A program made the translations under genes and the position numbers. Shown in pieces: positions 1-12,682 of a stretch of DNA of 64,000 bases (position 1 is the first letter of the stretch; each line of letters starts with the position of its first letter). The stretch is from NCBI RefSeq assembly GCF_009914755.1, contig NC_060929.1; one strand, written 5' to 3'. Origin of the DNA: the human T2T-CHM13v2.0 reference genome, Homo sapiens. The notes beneath the pieces are model-generated. The model was not told the origin of the DNA. It ran no database searches and saw only the letters and a program-made list of their open reading frames with translations.

Positions 1-1759
1 CGCTCTTCCTTTGTCACGTCCAAAATTCATTTATTCATTCATTCATTTACTCATCCATCCATCCATTCACTGATTCAATTAATGTGTTTATGGAAGGTCT
101 ACTCTGGGCGAAGCGCTCGCAGGTGCTGGGGTCTCAGAGGCAAACCATCCACACAGCCCTGCATTCACTGCCCTGATTGTGATTGCTAATCCCACCCCCA
201 CCTCTGTTATCTGTCCTTCCTGACAGATAAGTCAGTGACACTTGGAGAACAGTGTGAGGAGTGCTGTGATGGGGAGATACCAAGTGCACAGAAGGTGAGG
301 GGCCATCATCCACCTGGGGGTGGCCATGGGGACACTGCCAGGCTGCAAGCCAGGCCTGGGAAGCACTCCAGGCAGAGGGGACCAGAAGAGGCCCAGTGGA
401 GGAAAAAGGCTGGCCCCTTAAGGGAATGACAGGCTGTTAACCTTCCCAGAGTGTCAGCTGTGAGAGGCCGTCCAGAGAAAGTGCAAGGGAGAGCATGTGG
501 GTCGTTGCAAGCCAGGAAAGAGTGACCCTAGGCCATAGGGAGACATTGAGGCTTTGTAGGGTGGGAGTGAGGGGGGACTCGGTCTGGAGGTCATATGCTC
601 TGAAAGCTCTGGGTAAAAGCTGGCAGGTCTGCATTTTGTTTGCCTTCTGTGGGCTCTGCAGCAGAGCAGGCCACAGCTGCTGGAGGGTGAGCTGTCTGCT
701 GGTCTGAAGTGGCCCACAGCTCCTGCAGGGCCCGGGGCTGTGGGACAGAAGGCTCACACTCCAAGCTGGGCCCTGGCTGCCTCCGCCTTGCAGAGCAGAG
801 CCAAGCCCAGACCCACAGGGGAACCTCTGTGGGCACCGGCATGGAATTTTCCTCTCAGAGTTTGACCCAGTTCCTGGCTGTTATTCAGTCACTCTGGATG
901 AGCCTGTGGAATTCCAGAAAGGTTAGACATTAGAGAAGAGTGTTAATATTACCAGGATCTCACTTACACCCTGACTGAACAGCTCGAGGGCTTGGCTGAG
1001 CCACTTGTTCATCTCTAGGGATCCTTGTCCATCAGCCCCTTTCCCAGGGACATGTTGCACCCTGGAGGCTGCTGTGAGGTGCTGGCACCTCTCCTGAAGG
1101 AAGGCCACCTGATATCCTAGCCAGTGACAGAGGCCTGCACCAACTCTGATACCACAGTGCCCAGAGACTGAGGAAACTGGGGAAATGAAAAGGGTTGGTT
1201 TCTACCTTTACAAAATGACCACTTCTGTTTCTTAAACTTAGAAAATTATACAGGAATCAGAGTAGGTTTCTATCTGTGCCTGACAGTTCTCAAGTCATTT
1301 ACGTTTGTGTGGGAACTTGCTTTTAGGTGGTCGTTTCTTACCAGAGGATGCATTAAAGGCCAGCTCCTCCCCACAATCCCCCTCTCCAAAGCTTTTATCT
1401 GCTCTCATCATTTTCTGGGTCATGTTGTCATTGTTCCTGAAGGGGCCTTGTCTCTGCTAATGGGTTATAACTGCTTGAGAGTTGGAATCCCATCACATTT
1501 ATGAGCCGACACACAACACCAAGCAAGAAGATTGAGGGAGGAAAGGAAGATCATAGGCAGTGTTTGGGAAGCATCACATAATACTCCCTAGGGATGGAAG
1601 ACAAATACAGGTGTCATGGAGTAGCAAAGGCGGAGTTCATCAGCTCATCAGCACAGGCCATTCTTCCTGAGCATGCATCCTAGTGATGGAGGTTGAGTCC
1701 TACTCCCTATTAGGTGATAGACTATTGATAAGAACAAGGAGGGTGATGATGATAATCAG

Positions 1760-1975
1760 CAGTTAATACATGCTTGTACTGTATGCCAGGCACCGTGCAA
1801 GTGCCTGAAAAGCCTCATCTCATTTAGTCCCTCCAACATTCTTATCAGGTCAATTCTATTATTACCCGCCCCTTACAGTCGGGAAAATTGAGTTCTAGAG
1901 AGTTTGCCATTGGCCCAAGTGACTCAATGGCAAAGCCGTGCCTCAACCCCATGTCTGCAGAGTCTTAAGCACAGC
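1760..1975 (-). mobile_element. MIR SINE
   Basis: Reverse MIR core (tgccaggcaccgtgc...ttacag..gggaaaattgag...gcccaag). Confidence 0.65.
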
Positions 1976-2077
1976 TCGAGTTCTGTTCTCTGCCACTTTT
2001 GGGATGTCCTGTGAAGCCCCTGCTACAGGGATTGGGCATGGCTGGGTGCTCTGTCTACTCAGGGCTTCTAGATTCCC

Positions 2078-2080
<3 letters not shown>

Positions 2081-2140
<60 letters not shown>
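2081..2140. repeat. (GA)15(GT)15 compound microsatellite
   Basis: Read directly; about 325 nt upstream of the SLC25A48 acceptor. Confidence 0.95.
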
Positions 2141-2142
<2 letters not shown>

Positions 2143-2464
2143 ATGTGAGAGAAGAAGAAAGAGAGGGAGAGAGAGGGCAATTTAAAAAGCATATGTAGGT
2201 GTTTGCCTGGCCCAACAGCTTACCTATAGTATTTAGTGCATGTGTATCAGGGTCTGGGAGGAAAAGCACCACCAGGCATGACGCGGGTCAGGGCAGGGCA
2301 TGACTGGGACTTCCCTGTGTGGTCTCTGCCTGCACAGGTCCTTTGGGCTCTGGTGGGGGACCGGGCCTGGGTAGGCAGCACCACTAGCTATTCTCTGCCC
2401 CTCCTTGGTGGCCCTGCAGAGAGTGTGGGTCAGTCCCCTGCAATAACCTGGCCCCTGTGCAAAG

Positions 2465-2587
2465 GTGTTTTTCAGAGGCATCACTGTGAACGCGGTGCGG
2501 GGCTTCCCCATGAGTGCGGCCATGTTCCTTGGGTACGAGCTGTCGCTGCAGGCTATCCGCGGGGACCACGCAGTGACGAGCCCATAA
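2465..2587 (+). CDS. SLC25A48: SLC25A48 mitochondrial carrier, last coding exon
   Basis: After the acceptor ...gtgcaaag| the frame reads VFFRGITVNAVRGFPMSAAMFLGYELSLQAIRGDHAVTSP* (TAA 2585-2587). This is mitochondrial-carrier helix 6 (F.RG...N..R.FP) and matches the recalled SLC25A48 C-terminus. Donor CAG|GTCAGT at 2594/2595. Earlier exons lie outside the window. Confidence 0.93.
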   Translation: MFFRGITVNAVRGFPMSAAMFLGYELSLQAIRGDHAVTSP

Positions 2588-5500
2588 GCGCCAGGTCAGT
2601 GTGCTTCCATCCTGGCCAATTGTGCCTCCCAGGAACTTGAAACTTTTTTTTTTTTTTATCATGAGAATGTTGTGGCCTTCTGAAATGTCCTGTTGTTTGT
2701 CACATATCTAATCTGTGGTAGGCTGGGGCTGCCACCCTTTTCGTCACCAAACAGCAGTTCAGAAATGCCCACCAGTGACTGGTGGTGTGCTGGGTCCCCA
2801 GGGACCAAGTCTGGCACAGAATATACCTGTTTCCAGACAGCTCGCCTCTCCGTTTCCCCTTCCAGCAGCTTCAACAGCCCTTTCAGAGAAGTACTTTTAC
2901 CTTCACTGTGCAGATGCAAGTGACCCAGGCTCACAAGTGAGGACTGCAACCAGGGTACCTGCAGGGGGCACCGTCTCCCCACCTCCCTACTGAACTGCAC
3001 AGCCTGACTCTGAGAGCCACCCACAGGCTGCCAGAGCCCTAGAGGACAGGTCTCTGCCACCATTCTTTGCCTCCCATACCCTCTTTTTCTTTCTCATTGC
3101 AGAAAGATCACTGTAGCCTGAGGACTCTTCTAAAGACAGCAGTCTGACTCCTGTGCTCACATGCCCTCCTTGGCTCCCCATTGCCCTCTAGATAAAGCCT
3201 TCACCCTGCTTCCGCCAGCCTCACTCCTCACCACTGTTCTGAATGTCCCGCCGTCTCTCTCACCCCTAGGTCTTTGCTCAGGCTGTCCCCTCTGCCTGAC
3301 ATCCTCTTCTCGCTCCTTTCCTACTTGTCCTTGGCTTCACCAGCTCTTTGCCATCCAGGCTGTAGAAGTCTCCTCCTCCAGGATGCCGGCTTGCTTTCTC
3401 AGCTAGGGTGAGTCGCGCCTTCTGCAGACCATCCCCCACCCCCACCCACACTGCATCCTAAATGCCAGAGGACACCCTCACTCCCCAGGTGGGGCTGCTG
3501 CGCTGTCCCTACCTTTGCACTAATGGTGCCTGGCACAGAGCCCAGCACACAAAGGGCCACTCAGCAGTGTCATCGGATGGGTGGATGACCAACCCCCATA
3601 TGCCCTCAGGCCTCCTCTTCCTCCCTGTGTTTTTTCTTCCTCATTGTCTGGCCCCATACCGGCTACCTGCAAAGCTCAGAAGACAAAGTAAGTGTGGACT
3701 GAACTTTCTAGTCAACCAAGAAGCCATTTGACATCAGTCTTGGTTAGCACAAATTCTCCTGGGAAGGATGATCTTTGTCTATAAAACCTCACTGCTGCCT
3801 CCCCCGTGAGCTGGCAGGGGCATTCTCGGGACGGCAGAGCCCTGCCAGGGTGCACGGGTGGTGCCAGAACCTGGACAAAGGGAGGGGGCCTGACCAATCA
3901 GGCAGACTGTAGTCAGCCCAGGACAAGCCCCAGAAGCTGGCTTCAAATAAAATGCTCTCCACTTTTTGCTAAAGTGGCAACATTCACAGCTTCTCTGGCT
4001 ATTTGCCCTTTCTTATAAAAGGAAAAGGGTAGCAACACAGTTTACATAATTAAACATCTTGAGTGAAGAATTACTGCATTTGGGTGGCATCCAGGATAGG
4101 GAAGGAATTCATCTTATTCTTAAAGCTGTGCTCAGATATTGGCCATTTCCCCCTTTTAACAGAGAAAAGTAATTTCTTAAAAATCCTATAACAAAAGCCA
4201 GGCATTTTTATTGTAGACAAAAATAGAAAATTTAAATAAACAGAAAGAACAAAATAATAAGACCTGTCATCACAAGACCTTGTTGTTATTCTTCCAAGTA
4301 TGTCTTATGTGTATTTTCAAATTGGGATCCTATTCTACACAGTGTTTTACAGCCCTCTTTTCCCATTTAGTAGTTTGGGACCATTTTCCCATGTCATGAA
4401 ATCTTCAGCTACAAGATGGTTTTAATGCCAAGACCTCCCAGATCCCAGAGTGGCTGGATGCCTGCCCAACCTGTCGTACCTGCCACTGTGACCACCCTGG
4501 TGATTAACTGCTTCAGGACAAAGGAGGAAATTTCTAGCTACCCAATCACGATTGTCCTGCATTTAGCCTTTCACAAGCAGTGACCAACCCAATTGGAAGC
4601 TTTTCTTTCTGGAAGCGTTCTTTCTTGCAAGGGGCATAGATGTCTGTCTCCCTTAGGAGGGAGGACTGCTAAGGCAGGGAGGAGGCTATTGCCTCCTGGT
4701 GGGAGAGGGAGGTTCCCAGCCACTGGTCTGCAGATTCATCTTAAACAAGTCTTGCCCATGGCATTCAACTTCCTGCTCTAACCCCCAAATACCAAGGCCT
4801 TTTAACAAGACTGGATTTTAATTTACCAAGTAGCTCTGAGATTTGGGGAAGCCCATGCTCAGGCAGCAGTCACACCTACTCTTTGAATGCCTCCCTCATT
4901 GTCTAGACCCAGGACAGAGTGAGATGATGTATATTAGAGATCTAGGGTGCCAAGCTGTCCCTAAGAAGTGGCGGGATGGGGACCATCTCGAGAGTTCCTG
5001 AGTACAGATGACAGGGATGACTTGAGAATTGTTTCTAAGAGCCTGCAGGGGATAGATCACCCAGCTCCCAGCAGTTGCCAGGTGCCTTCCAACAACCAGG
5101 CATGGAGATATCCCCCAGCTTTTCCAAGTTCCATGCGGGAAGATCAGTGACCTTTGGTGGTAGAAGTGGCATCCCGACCACTTACCAGTGGCTGGCTCTC
5201 AGACTTGTCTGTGGCTCATGAATCCAACTCTGCCATCCCTACCTGTCCAAGACCAGCCCCCAGAGCTCCCTGGAATAGTGCTGGTCTGCCCTCGGTCCTG
5301 ACATGCATGCTGCAGGTCTCACTAGCCTACTTTCGGTTTCAGGAAAACTGATTTTCAAGGAAAGAAGACATAGTGCTCTTATGATACCTTTGCTGAACAT
5401 TTTCAAATAGCCCCGGCAACCCTGAGAGCCTCTGCCAGTCTGTACTTTGCCTCTTACTGCTTCACAAACCCAGTCTCCAAATGGGTTGTTTGACCCCAAG

Positions 5501-8500
5501 ATCCAAGATTTCAAGACTCCCGTTAGAAGATGTTCTTGTCTTTCCTCCTTTTTCCCAGGGTCTCATCCCATTAACAGGTCAATGCTAAAAGTGTCTGCAG
5601 AACCCATGATGTGAATTTACTGAAGAGAAAGACTCTCCACCAGGTGGGCTTTCAGCCAGGCAGGCTGTCCTCAGAACCTCTTCCTTCCTTCACAATTACA
5701 AGCATTCTCATCCCCACCCCGGCTGGGGCAGCGGAGCTTCTGCCTTGGAGGGATTCAACTGACCATTGGTCAACTGATCACCAACTATTCCAGCTTTGGA
5801 CCTGCACCTGGTAACAAACAAACGAACAGAACAAAACAAAACTGGAGTAAAATAGACCCTCCCCCCATGGCCATTGTAAACTCACTGTGAATTCATGGAA
5901 GAGCTGGAGTTGGCTCTAAGTTTCAAAATAAAAGCATTAAAAACCTCTTCACATTGTTTCTCTGTCAGATGCCTCTGCCTAGCTTCCAAGAGGCACCTGG
6001 CCACTGTCATTCCTCTCTCTCTGTTCAGGCCTCTGTGGGTGTTGCAGGCCCAGAGGGAAAACCCCTCCACACAGGTGAGGAGAGAAACTGAGCCGGGGCA
6101 GCCTGGCTTCTTTTTTCCCAGATGCCTAAGGTCGGCAGCAGAGGGCGTAGTGGTTGAACAGGGTGATGAGGGACAGAAACCTTCTAGGGGTTCTCCCACC
6201 CTGAGCAGTGGCACACGTTGGTGACTTGCTTCAGAGAGTTTGGCCCTGGGCTTGGTTGGGGTGGGCACTCTCTGGGCCTTATTTTTACATGGAGAACAAA
6301 ACAAAACAAAACACTTGATCCACAGTCTGGCTTCCAGAGTGACTTCATTGTTCTAAATTTTATTCCTTACTAGAGCCGCGTGGGGAGGCCATTGCTATTT
6401 TGCTGTTATGTGGCTTGTGTCCCTGCAGCCTCTTCCAATTCTGTGCCCACAACAAGCATTCCTAGTCAATCATAGAGCCCTTTCTTGATGAGCTGAGTGG
6501 CGCCTCAGAGTCTTTCTCAGCACAGTGCCGTGGCAGCCACCACCAGCCGTGCAGAACTGTCATACAAAATGAATCTATTTGCCATCCCTGGCTTAAATCC
6601 CAGTGAAGGAAATGTCCTCAAATTTGTTCTTTTTTCTTTCTCTTGAAAAGGTCTTCCTTGGTTTCTCCACTACGCTGTTCCCCAACCACCCCCTGCCTTT
6701 GAGTGATTTGGGCCATGTCTCTGAAAAATCTCTGTCTTAATAGACCGAAGACCAAAGCAATTCTATGGTGCAAAAGAGTTGAAAGTGTTCCGTCTCTTCG
6801 GTGTGAAACCTGTTACTGGAGCGGAGGGTTCCATGCTTGAAATAAAACCCTCAGCATGCCCTCCTCAATATTTCTCCTTCACAGCCCCTGGGACTGCAGG
6901 GTCCCCTGGGTATCTCTGCAAGTTACTGTTCAAGCTGCCCACCCTCCAGCAGTGGGACATTCATTCATTTGTTCAGTCATCAAACATTTGCTGAGCAGAT
7001 GCTGACCTAGGTGGTGGGGACAGCCATGAGGGACTCCAGTGGCATGTCATTCTGGTGCATTGGAGAGGCTCTATTGATGGGAGAGACCAGCCTGCCTGTC
7101 TGCCCCAGTATCACTGGGTCTGGGTGGGCACGGAGGATGCGAGTGAAGAGATGCTTCTGGCACCTGGTTCATCCCTGGGTAGACCTGAAGTCTCTGCTCT
7201 AACACATCCTAGAATGTGTTTCTTAAGTCTGCCTCAACTGGACCATTTCCCGGTGCGAGGCATGCTTGCACAGTTTGTTTAGAAGTGGTGCTGTGTCCAC
7301 AAGGCCAACTGGGGTCTTCTACTGGGTGCTCCTGATGAGGCTGAGATGCAACAACCACCTTCTTCAGGTGTCTGAGCTTTTCCTAGTTTCTATTAATCAT
7401 CATGGCACCTCTTGATGGTAGAAGGAGGCATGCAGAGAGAAGCATTGCTGATCCAGTTCACAGATGAAGGAACTGAGGCTCCAACATACCTGAGCCCCAG
7501 CTCAGGACTTTACCACCAATCCCATTTGATAATCTTCCTGAGGCTACACTTCCCTGCTGTCCAGCCCAGGGTACATCGCCAGCAGCCATGATGATGGCTA
7601 TTTTACGGTGTAAAAAAGACAAAGTTGTTGGGACACATAAGTATGGCGTCTGAAACTGCTATTGAAGGCCTCCCATCAACCACATCAGAACTGCCCTTCT
7701 GGACCCACCTCCCATTGCTCTGGTCCAGGTTCCCTGTGCTCTCATCATTTCCCCCATCCCATCCAGTGCCAGGCATACAATGGGCATTTAAATGTTGCTG
7801 AAAGGGTTCCCAAGTGATCCCACAAGCCTGCTGGGCCAGCTGCTGTGTGCCCAACACCCTCCAGGCTTCCCTGCCTCTATGCTTTTCTTTAACCTACAGG
7901 ACACTCTTACCCCCAGCATCACCAGGAACAGGAATGCTCCCTGTTTTCGACCCAGCTCAGATGCTTTAAGCCCTTAGATGTTAGGGCTTCCTTGCTTCTC
8001 TCTCTCTCTCCCCTCCAGCAGCATCCATGGTCCTTCCACCAACGTGACCCCTCTGGCACTGTGTCCCTCCCTGTGCTACAGTCATGTCTGTGCACCCTCT
8101 CTTTCTCACTGGCCTGTGCCCCCCTTCAGAGCCAGGGCTGAGTCTTCCCAATCCTTAGATTCAGCATAGCAGCAAGAATGAACAGGGTTTAGAATAAAGG
8201 AAGCATAAATTAATGGGCAAAAATGCAAGCATGACCATGTTAATTGAGAATTGTTTGTAATAATGAAAATTCAGAAAGTTTCTAAATGCCTATCAATAGA
8301 AGAGGGGGTTGAACAAACAGCCACTAAAAAGAATGAGATAGATCTCACATATATTGTCATGGAAATATGTCAGCAACATTGTAAGTGCAGAAATGGAGGG
8401 GCAGAATAACATATATGATGTTATTCATTTTCATTTTAAAATATATATCGTATATGGGTAATTATATGGGCATTGAAAAACCCTTGAAGGATACACACCA

Positions 8501-9082
8501 AATTTAATAGTGGCTATTTCTGGGATGTGGGATTGGGAGAAGGCTTTCAGTTCCGAATTTGATGTTGGTGATTTCTTTGTACATCACTATAATGATGGTG
8601 ATTTGATGATGGTGATTATTGTAATGTTTTAATTTTTTTACAGCACACATATATTGTTTTTATAATTTCTTAAAATAAAAGCACACCTTATTGCAGAGCT
8701 AGGGCTCCCTGCTGGATACTTGTTTTCCAGGCTGCGGGCTGGCTCTTCCTCGCTGCCCAGCCTCAGCCCAGCTCTGAGTAACAGCCCCTGCCACACCCCC
8801 TCCCCCCGCCCTCCTCCATGCTGGGCAGACAATGCCTCAGCACATCTTCTGCACCTTCACTCCCACCCAGGAGCACCTGGGCTGCAATGAATGAAACTCG
8901 GCTTTATTGAAGAAACTCAGCTCCAGCCCAAACAAATCTCATGAGGTAGCCAGATCTGGGAGGGGTCAGCCAGCAATGGATCTGCTTCCTCTTAGATTTT
9001 TCTGGAGAGGGCAATCTTGTGGAATAGTTGGGCCAACAGCTTGTGAGTCTTCCTCCATCAACACATTATGGTTCTATTTAAC

Positions 9083-9217
<135 letters not shown>

Positions 9218-9491
9218 GTCTGACTGTGGCCAGTGCTGTTACAGGCATTGGGTGACAATGGCAGGGACCCTGCCCTCAGGGAGCTTAGTATCAGGCATTA
9301 ATTTCTGTTGTCATGGTCAGGAAAGTCTTTAAACAAATGGAATCCTATTTTTAAGAAGGATGAAAACAAAACAGAATTCCAAGCCAAGCACCAGTTTTGG
9401 TGTCTGTGCCTTGGAGTTGGGGGGCTTCAGGGTTGGCCAATTTGCCTTACCAGGAAAGATGAAAAGAAGAACAAAAATCATTACCATACAG

Positions 9492-9926
9492 CAGCAGTCC
9501 TCAACAGCAGCCCCTTTCACTCCTGAAAATTATTAAGGACCTCGAAGAACAACTGCTTATATATTTACCAACAATTACTGGAAATTCAAACAGAATTTCA
9601 AAAATATTTATCCATTTAGGTATAATAATAAACCCATGACATTTTAACATAAATAACATTCTATGAAAATAACGATTCTTTCTAAACCAATATAATTAAC
9701 GAGAAGACTTGCGTTTTCCGTTTTTGCGGCGAAGTCTGGCTTAAACAGAGGGCAATTGTGTTCCTCTGTCTGCTTTTGCTTTTAGTCTATGGGTTATCAC
9801 TTGCATTATAGCCTTTGGGAAACTCCACCGTATGCTTGTGAGAACATAAGATTGAAAAGAGCAGATAACATCTTAGTGTTCTATGAAAGTGGTTTTGACC
9901 TCGTGGGTCCTCTTTGAGAACTGCTG
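9492..9926. mobile_element. hAT-Charlie-type non-autonomous DNA transposon
   Basis: Terminal inverted repeats CAGCAGTCCTCAA / TTGAGAACTGCTG (12/13 match) and an 8-bp TSD ccatacag/ccctacag. Confidence 0.75.
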
Positions 9927-9942
9927 CCCTACAGGGGAAAAA

Positions 9943-10010
9943 ATACATATGTGTGTGTGTGTGTGTGTACATATACACACACACACATATATATGTGTGT
10001 ATATACATAT
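9943..10010. repeat. (TG)n/(CA)n/(TA)n low-complexity tract with internal palindrome
   Basis: Contains the perfect 20-bp palindrome acacacatatatatgtgtgt. Confidence 0.85.
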
Positions 10011-10272
10011 CCCTCGCCCAAAGGCTGATACCCTGCAGAACCACCACTTGGTGGCAGTAGAGGTCAACTAAACCCTCCGCAGGAATCCGCGTCTGGGAGT
10101 GCACGATCTTGGCCCTGTGGTGAGAACACCTGGGCCCCGTGACACTTCTTTTCCTGTTTCCTGGGTCTCACCATCTCCCTTGGCGTTGCCCTTTTCCTTC
10201 TCTGTGGTGGCAAGAACTTCACATTAGGGAGGCCTTCCCCTTGGGTTCCAGTTTCACGCAGGCCATCAGCCA

Positions 10273-10330
10273 CCTGTGCTCTTGCAGGCAGCAGTGCCCC
10301 CTGTGCTCTTGCAGGCAGCAGTGCCCCCTG
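10273..10330. repeat. 27-bp perfect tandem duplication
   Basis: cctgtgctcttgcaggcagcagtgccc occurs twice, followed by cctg. Confidence 0.95.
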
Positions 10331-10528
10331 AGCCATCTGTAAAATGGCCACACTGGTCTCCCTTACCTACTTTGCACAGCTTCCACAAGAATCAAGTGCA
10401 AAAGTGTTTTTGTAAACTGTAAAGTGCAAAACATAGGGGTTAGAGGAAGGGGTGGCCTGGTGTGATTTTTCTGGTTTCTGTTCTTTGCCTGCCTTCTTCT
10501 CTGAGTCTGGGTTGTTTGCTGTTTCCAG

Positions 10529-11130
10529 GAGGTGAACACAGGATGACTACAGTGTTCCCTGGGCCTCATCTCTGCATGTGAAGCCCTGAGAGCTGCAGAT
10601 GTTTGGCCTTTGGACCTCCAAGTGGACATCAATTAGCAAGCGTGGGCTAGGATGGTGCAGACACTGACGTGGCCCTTCTGATGCCTGGGATGCCTCATGA
10701 GTCACTGATTCAAGCCCTCCAAGGTTCTGATCCCCAATGCCCACTCTGCTAGGCTGGCATCAAAGAGCTTTCCAAGAAATGTTTGGTCCAGCTGAGAAGT
10801 CCTGACCATGAGCACCAGGGAGCCAGAAACCACCCAGAGAAACGTTGCTTCACTCCTCTGTCTGAGGATGGGGAGGGGCCAGTGAGCTCTGGGCTCAGCC
10901 ACTCCCTCCAGTCTCAAGTAACACGTCCCCGTGCCTCCAGTCTCCTCTCAGCACCGACCAGGTTTTTCCCCGCTCCTGCACCCGTGGATCCTGAGGACAG
11001 CGGTAGCGCCTTCCTCACCGCACGCTGAGTCCAGTGCGTGCTCCTCACTGTGCACTTATTAGTGTCTGTTGAGTGATTAAATCACATCCTCAGGTCTGCA
11101 GCAAATAAATGAAAGTTTCTTTATTTTTTA
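10529..11130 (+). other. SLC25A48: Probable non-coding terminal (3'UTR) exon of SLC25A48
   Basis: Strong acceptor gttgtttgctgtttccag| at 10528. ATTAAA at 11076-11081 and AATAAA at 11104-11109, followed by a T-rich tract. The donor 7 nt after the stop codon requires a downstream exon. The 3' end is approximate. Confidence 0.7.
11104..11109 (+). terminator. SLC25A48: Polyadenylation signal (AATAAA) for SLC25A48
   Basis: Canonical hexamer followed by a T-rich element (tttctttattttttatt). Confidence 0.65.
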
Positions 11131-11934
11131 TTAACTAAATTGAGATTTTTTTCAAGCTGATGACAGAAAAAAATAATTTTGCCATTTCAGGGTAAAACTT
11201 CGAAATTCCAAGTTAAATGCCCAGTTCAAGATTTTTTCCTTCTCCACCTTCCCCTGGGGTTGACTTTAGATCTGGGAGGTTTGGGATTTAGGGAGAGGCT
11301 TCAGGGTCCTGGGAGGTGCTCTGTCCTACCCTGGTGTTCTTCCTGGCTAGTCCTGGGCATGGCTTTCCCTCCAGGGTGGCTTCTGTATAAGCATCTTCAG
11401 TCCCATTTGGTCCCTGTCCCGTGGTCCGAGCCTGACATATGTGCCCATCCCAAGGCCTCTCCAGCCTTACCATCCTCCAAGACACATCAGTGCCCCTCTC
11501 TGCCCTGTGTGAAAATCTTTGGTTTCTCCGTTGAAACTATTCAGGGGGCTGCATCAAGCCCAGCTTCCTAGGGCCAGTGGGTGGTCCTCCCTATACCACA
11601 CCTTAGGTGTGGTGGCAAGAGGCATTCTCTTTTCGTGTCATCTCCCAGGCCATTCAGGGGATACAGCTCATGTGCCCTTCACTCTTGGTTTTCTACCCTC
11701 CCCAGGAGTTCTGCCCTCTACCCCGAGGCTCTGCTGGGGGCCAGGCAGAGAGCTCTTCTCCAGGGAACTCAATAGTGTCTGCCATCATCCTCTCCTCTCG
11801 GACTTCTCTTCCATAGTCCAAGGAGTTACTTTCTATCCCAGGGCTAGGAAGGTTACCACTGGAAACTCTAAAGCCAAGAATTAACTTCTGTATCAATAAC
11901 CTCTATACCAATAAGTGCAGAAAATACATCAGAC

Positions 11935-12350
11935 ACAGTCCAATCTCATTCATGATAAAAGTGCTCAACAGACTGAGAATAAAAGGGAATTTTCTCAGCC
12001 TGATACTGAGCATTTATGAAAAGTCCACAGCTCACATCATATTAATATTTAATCGTGAATGACTGGATCCTTTCCCACTAAAATCAGGAACAAAACAAGA
12101 ATGTGTACTCTCACCACTTCTATTCAACATTGTATTGGAAGTTCTAGCCAGAAATTAGCCAAGGAAGTGAAAGAAAAGGCATCCAAGTTGGAAAAAAAGA
12201 AGTCAGTTACCTCTATTTACAGATAATATGACACAGTTTAAAAAGTGAGGGTTGTGCAACCTGCCAATGTACTAAAATATATTGAATTATACGCTTCAAA
12301 TGGATGAATTGTATTGCATGTGGTATATGAAGCGTATCTCAATGAAGCCA
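11935..12350 (+). mobile_element. Old L1 (L1M) fragments: ORF2 RT region plus 3' end
   Basis: ctctcaccacttctattcaacattgtattggaagttctagcc and a degenerate LFADDM (ctatttacagataatatg). Confidence 0.8.
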
Positions 12351-12354
12351 TCTG

Positions 12355-12682
12355 TTTGCTGTTGTTGTTGTTGCTGCTGTTGTTGTTGTTTGTTTTTTTT
12401 TAAGACAGGATCTTGCTCTGTTGCCCAGGCTGGAGTGTAGCGGTGCAATCATGGCTTACTGCACCCTCGACCTCCTAGGCTCAAGTGATCCTCCCATCTC
12501 AGACTCCGAGTAGCTGGGACTACAGTTGCATGTCACCATACCCAGCTAAGTTTTGTATTTTTCATAGAGACTGGGTTTCACCATATTGACCAGGCTGATC
12601 TCAAATTCCTGGGCTCAAGTGATCAGCCTGCGTCAGCCTCCCAAAGTGCTGGGATTTTAGGCATGAGCCACTGTGCCTAGCT
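12355..12682 (-). mobile_element. Alu (J-like) with (TTG)n-derived tail
   Basis: Reverse Alu consensus throughout. Confidence 0.92.

Noticed and set aside
2236-2640. 134-aa + strand ORF over the SLC25A48 exon
   Set aside because: Wrong frame; the carrier protein is encoded in the frame starting at 2465.
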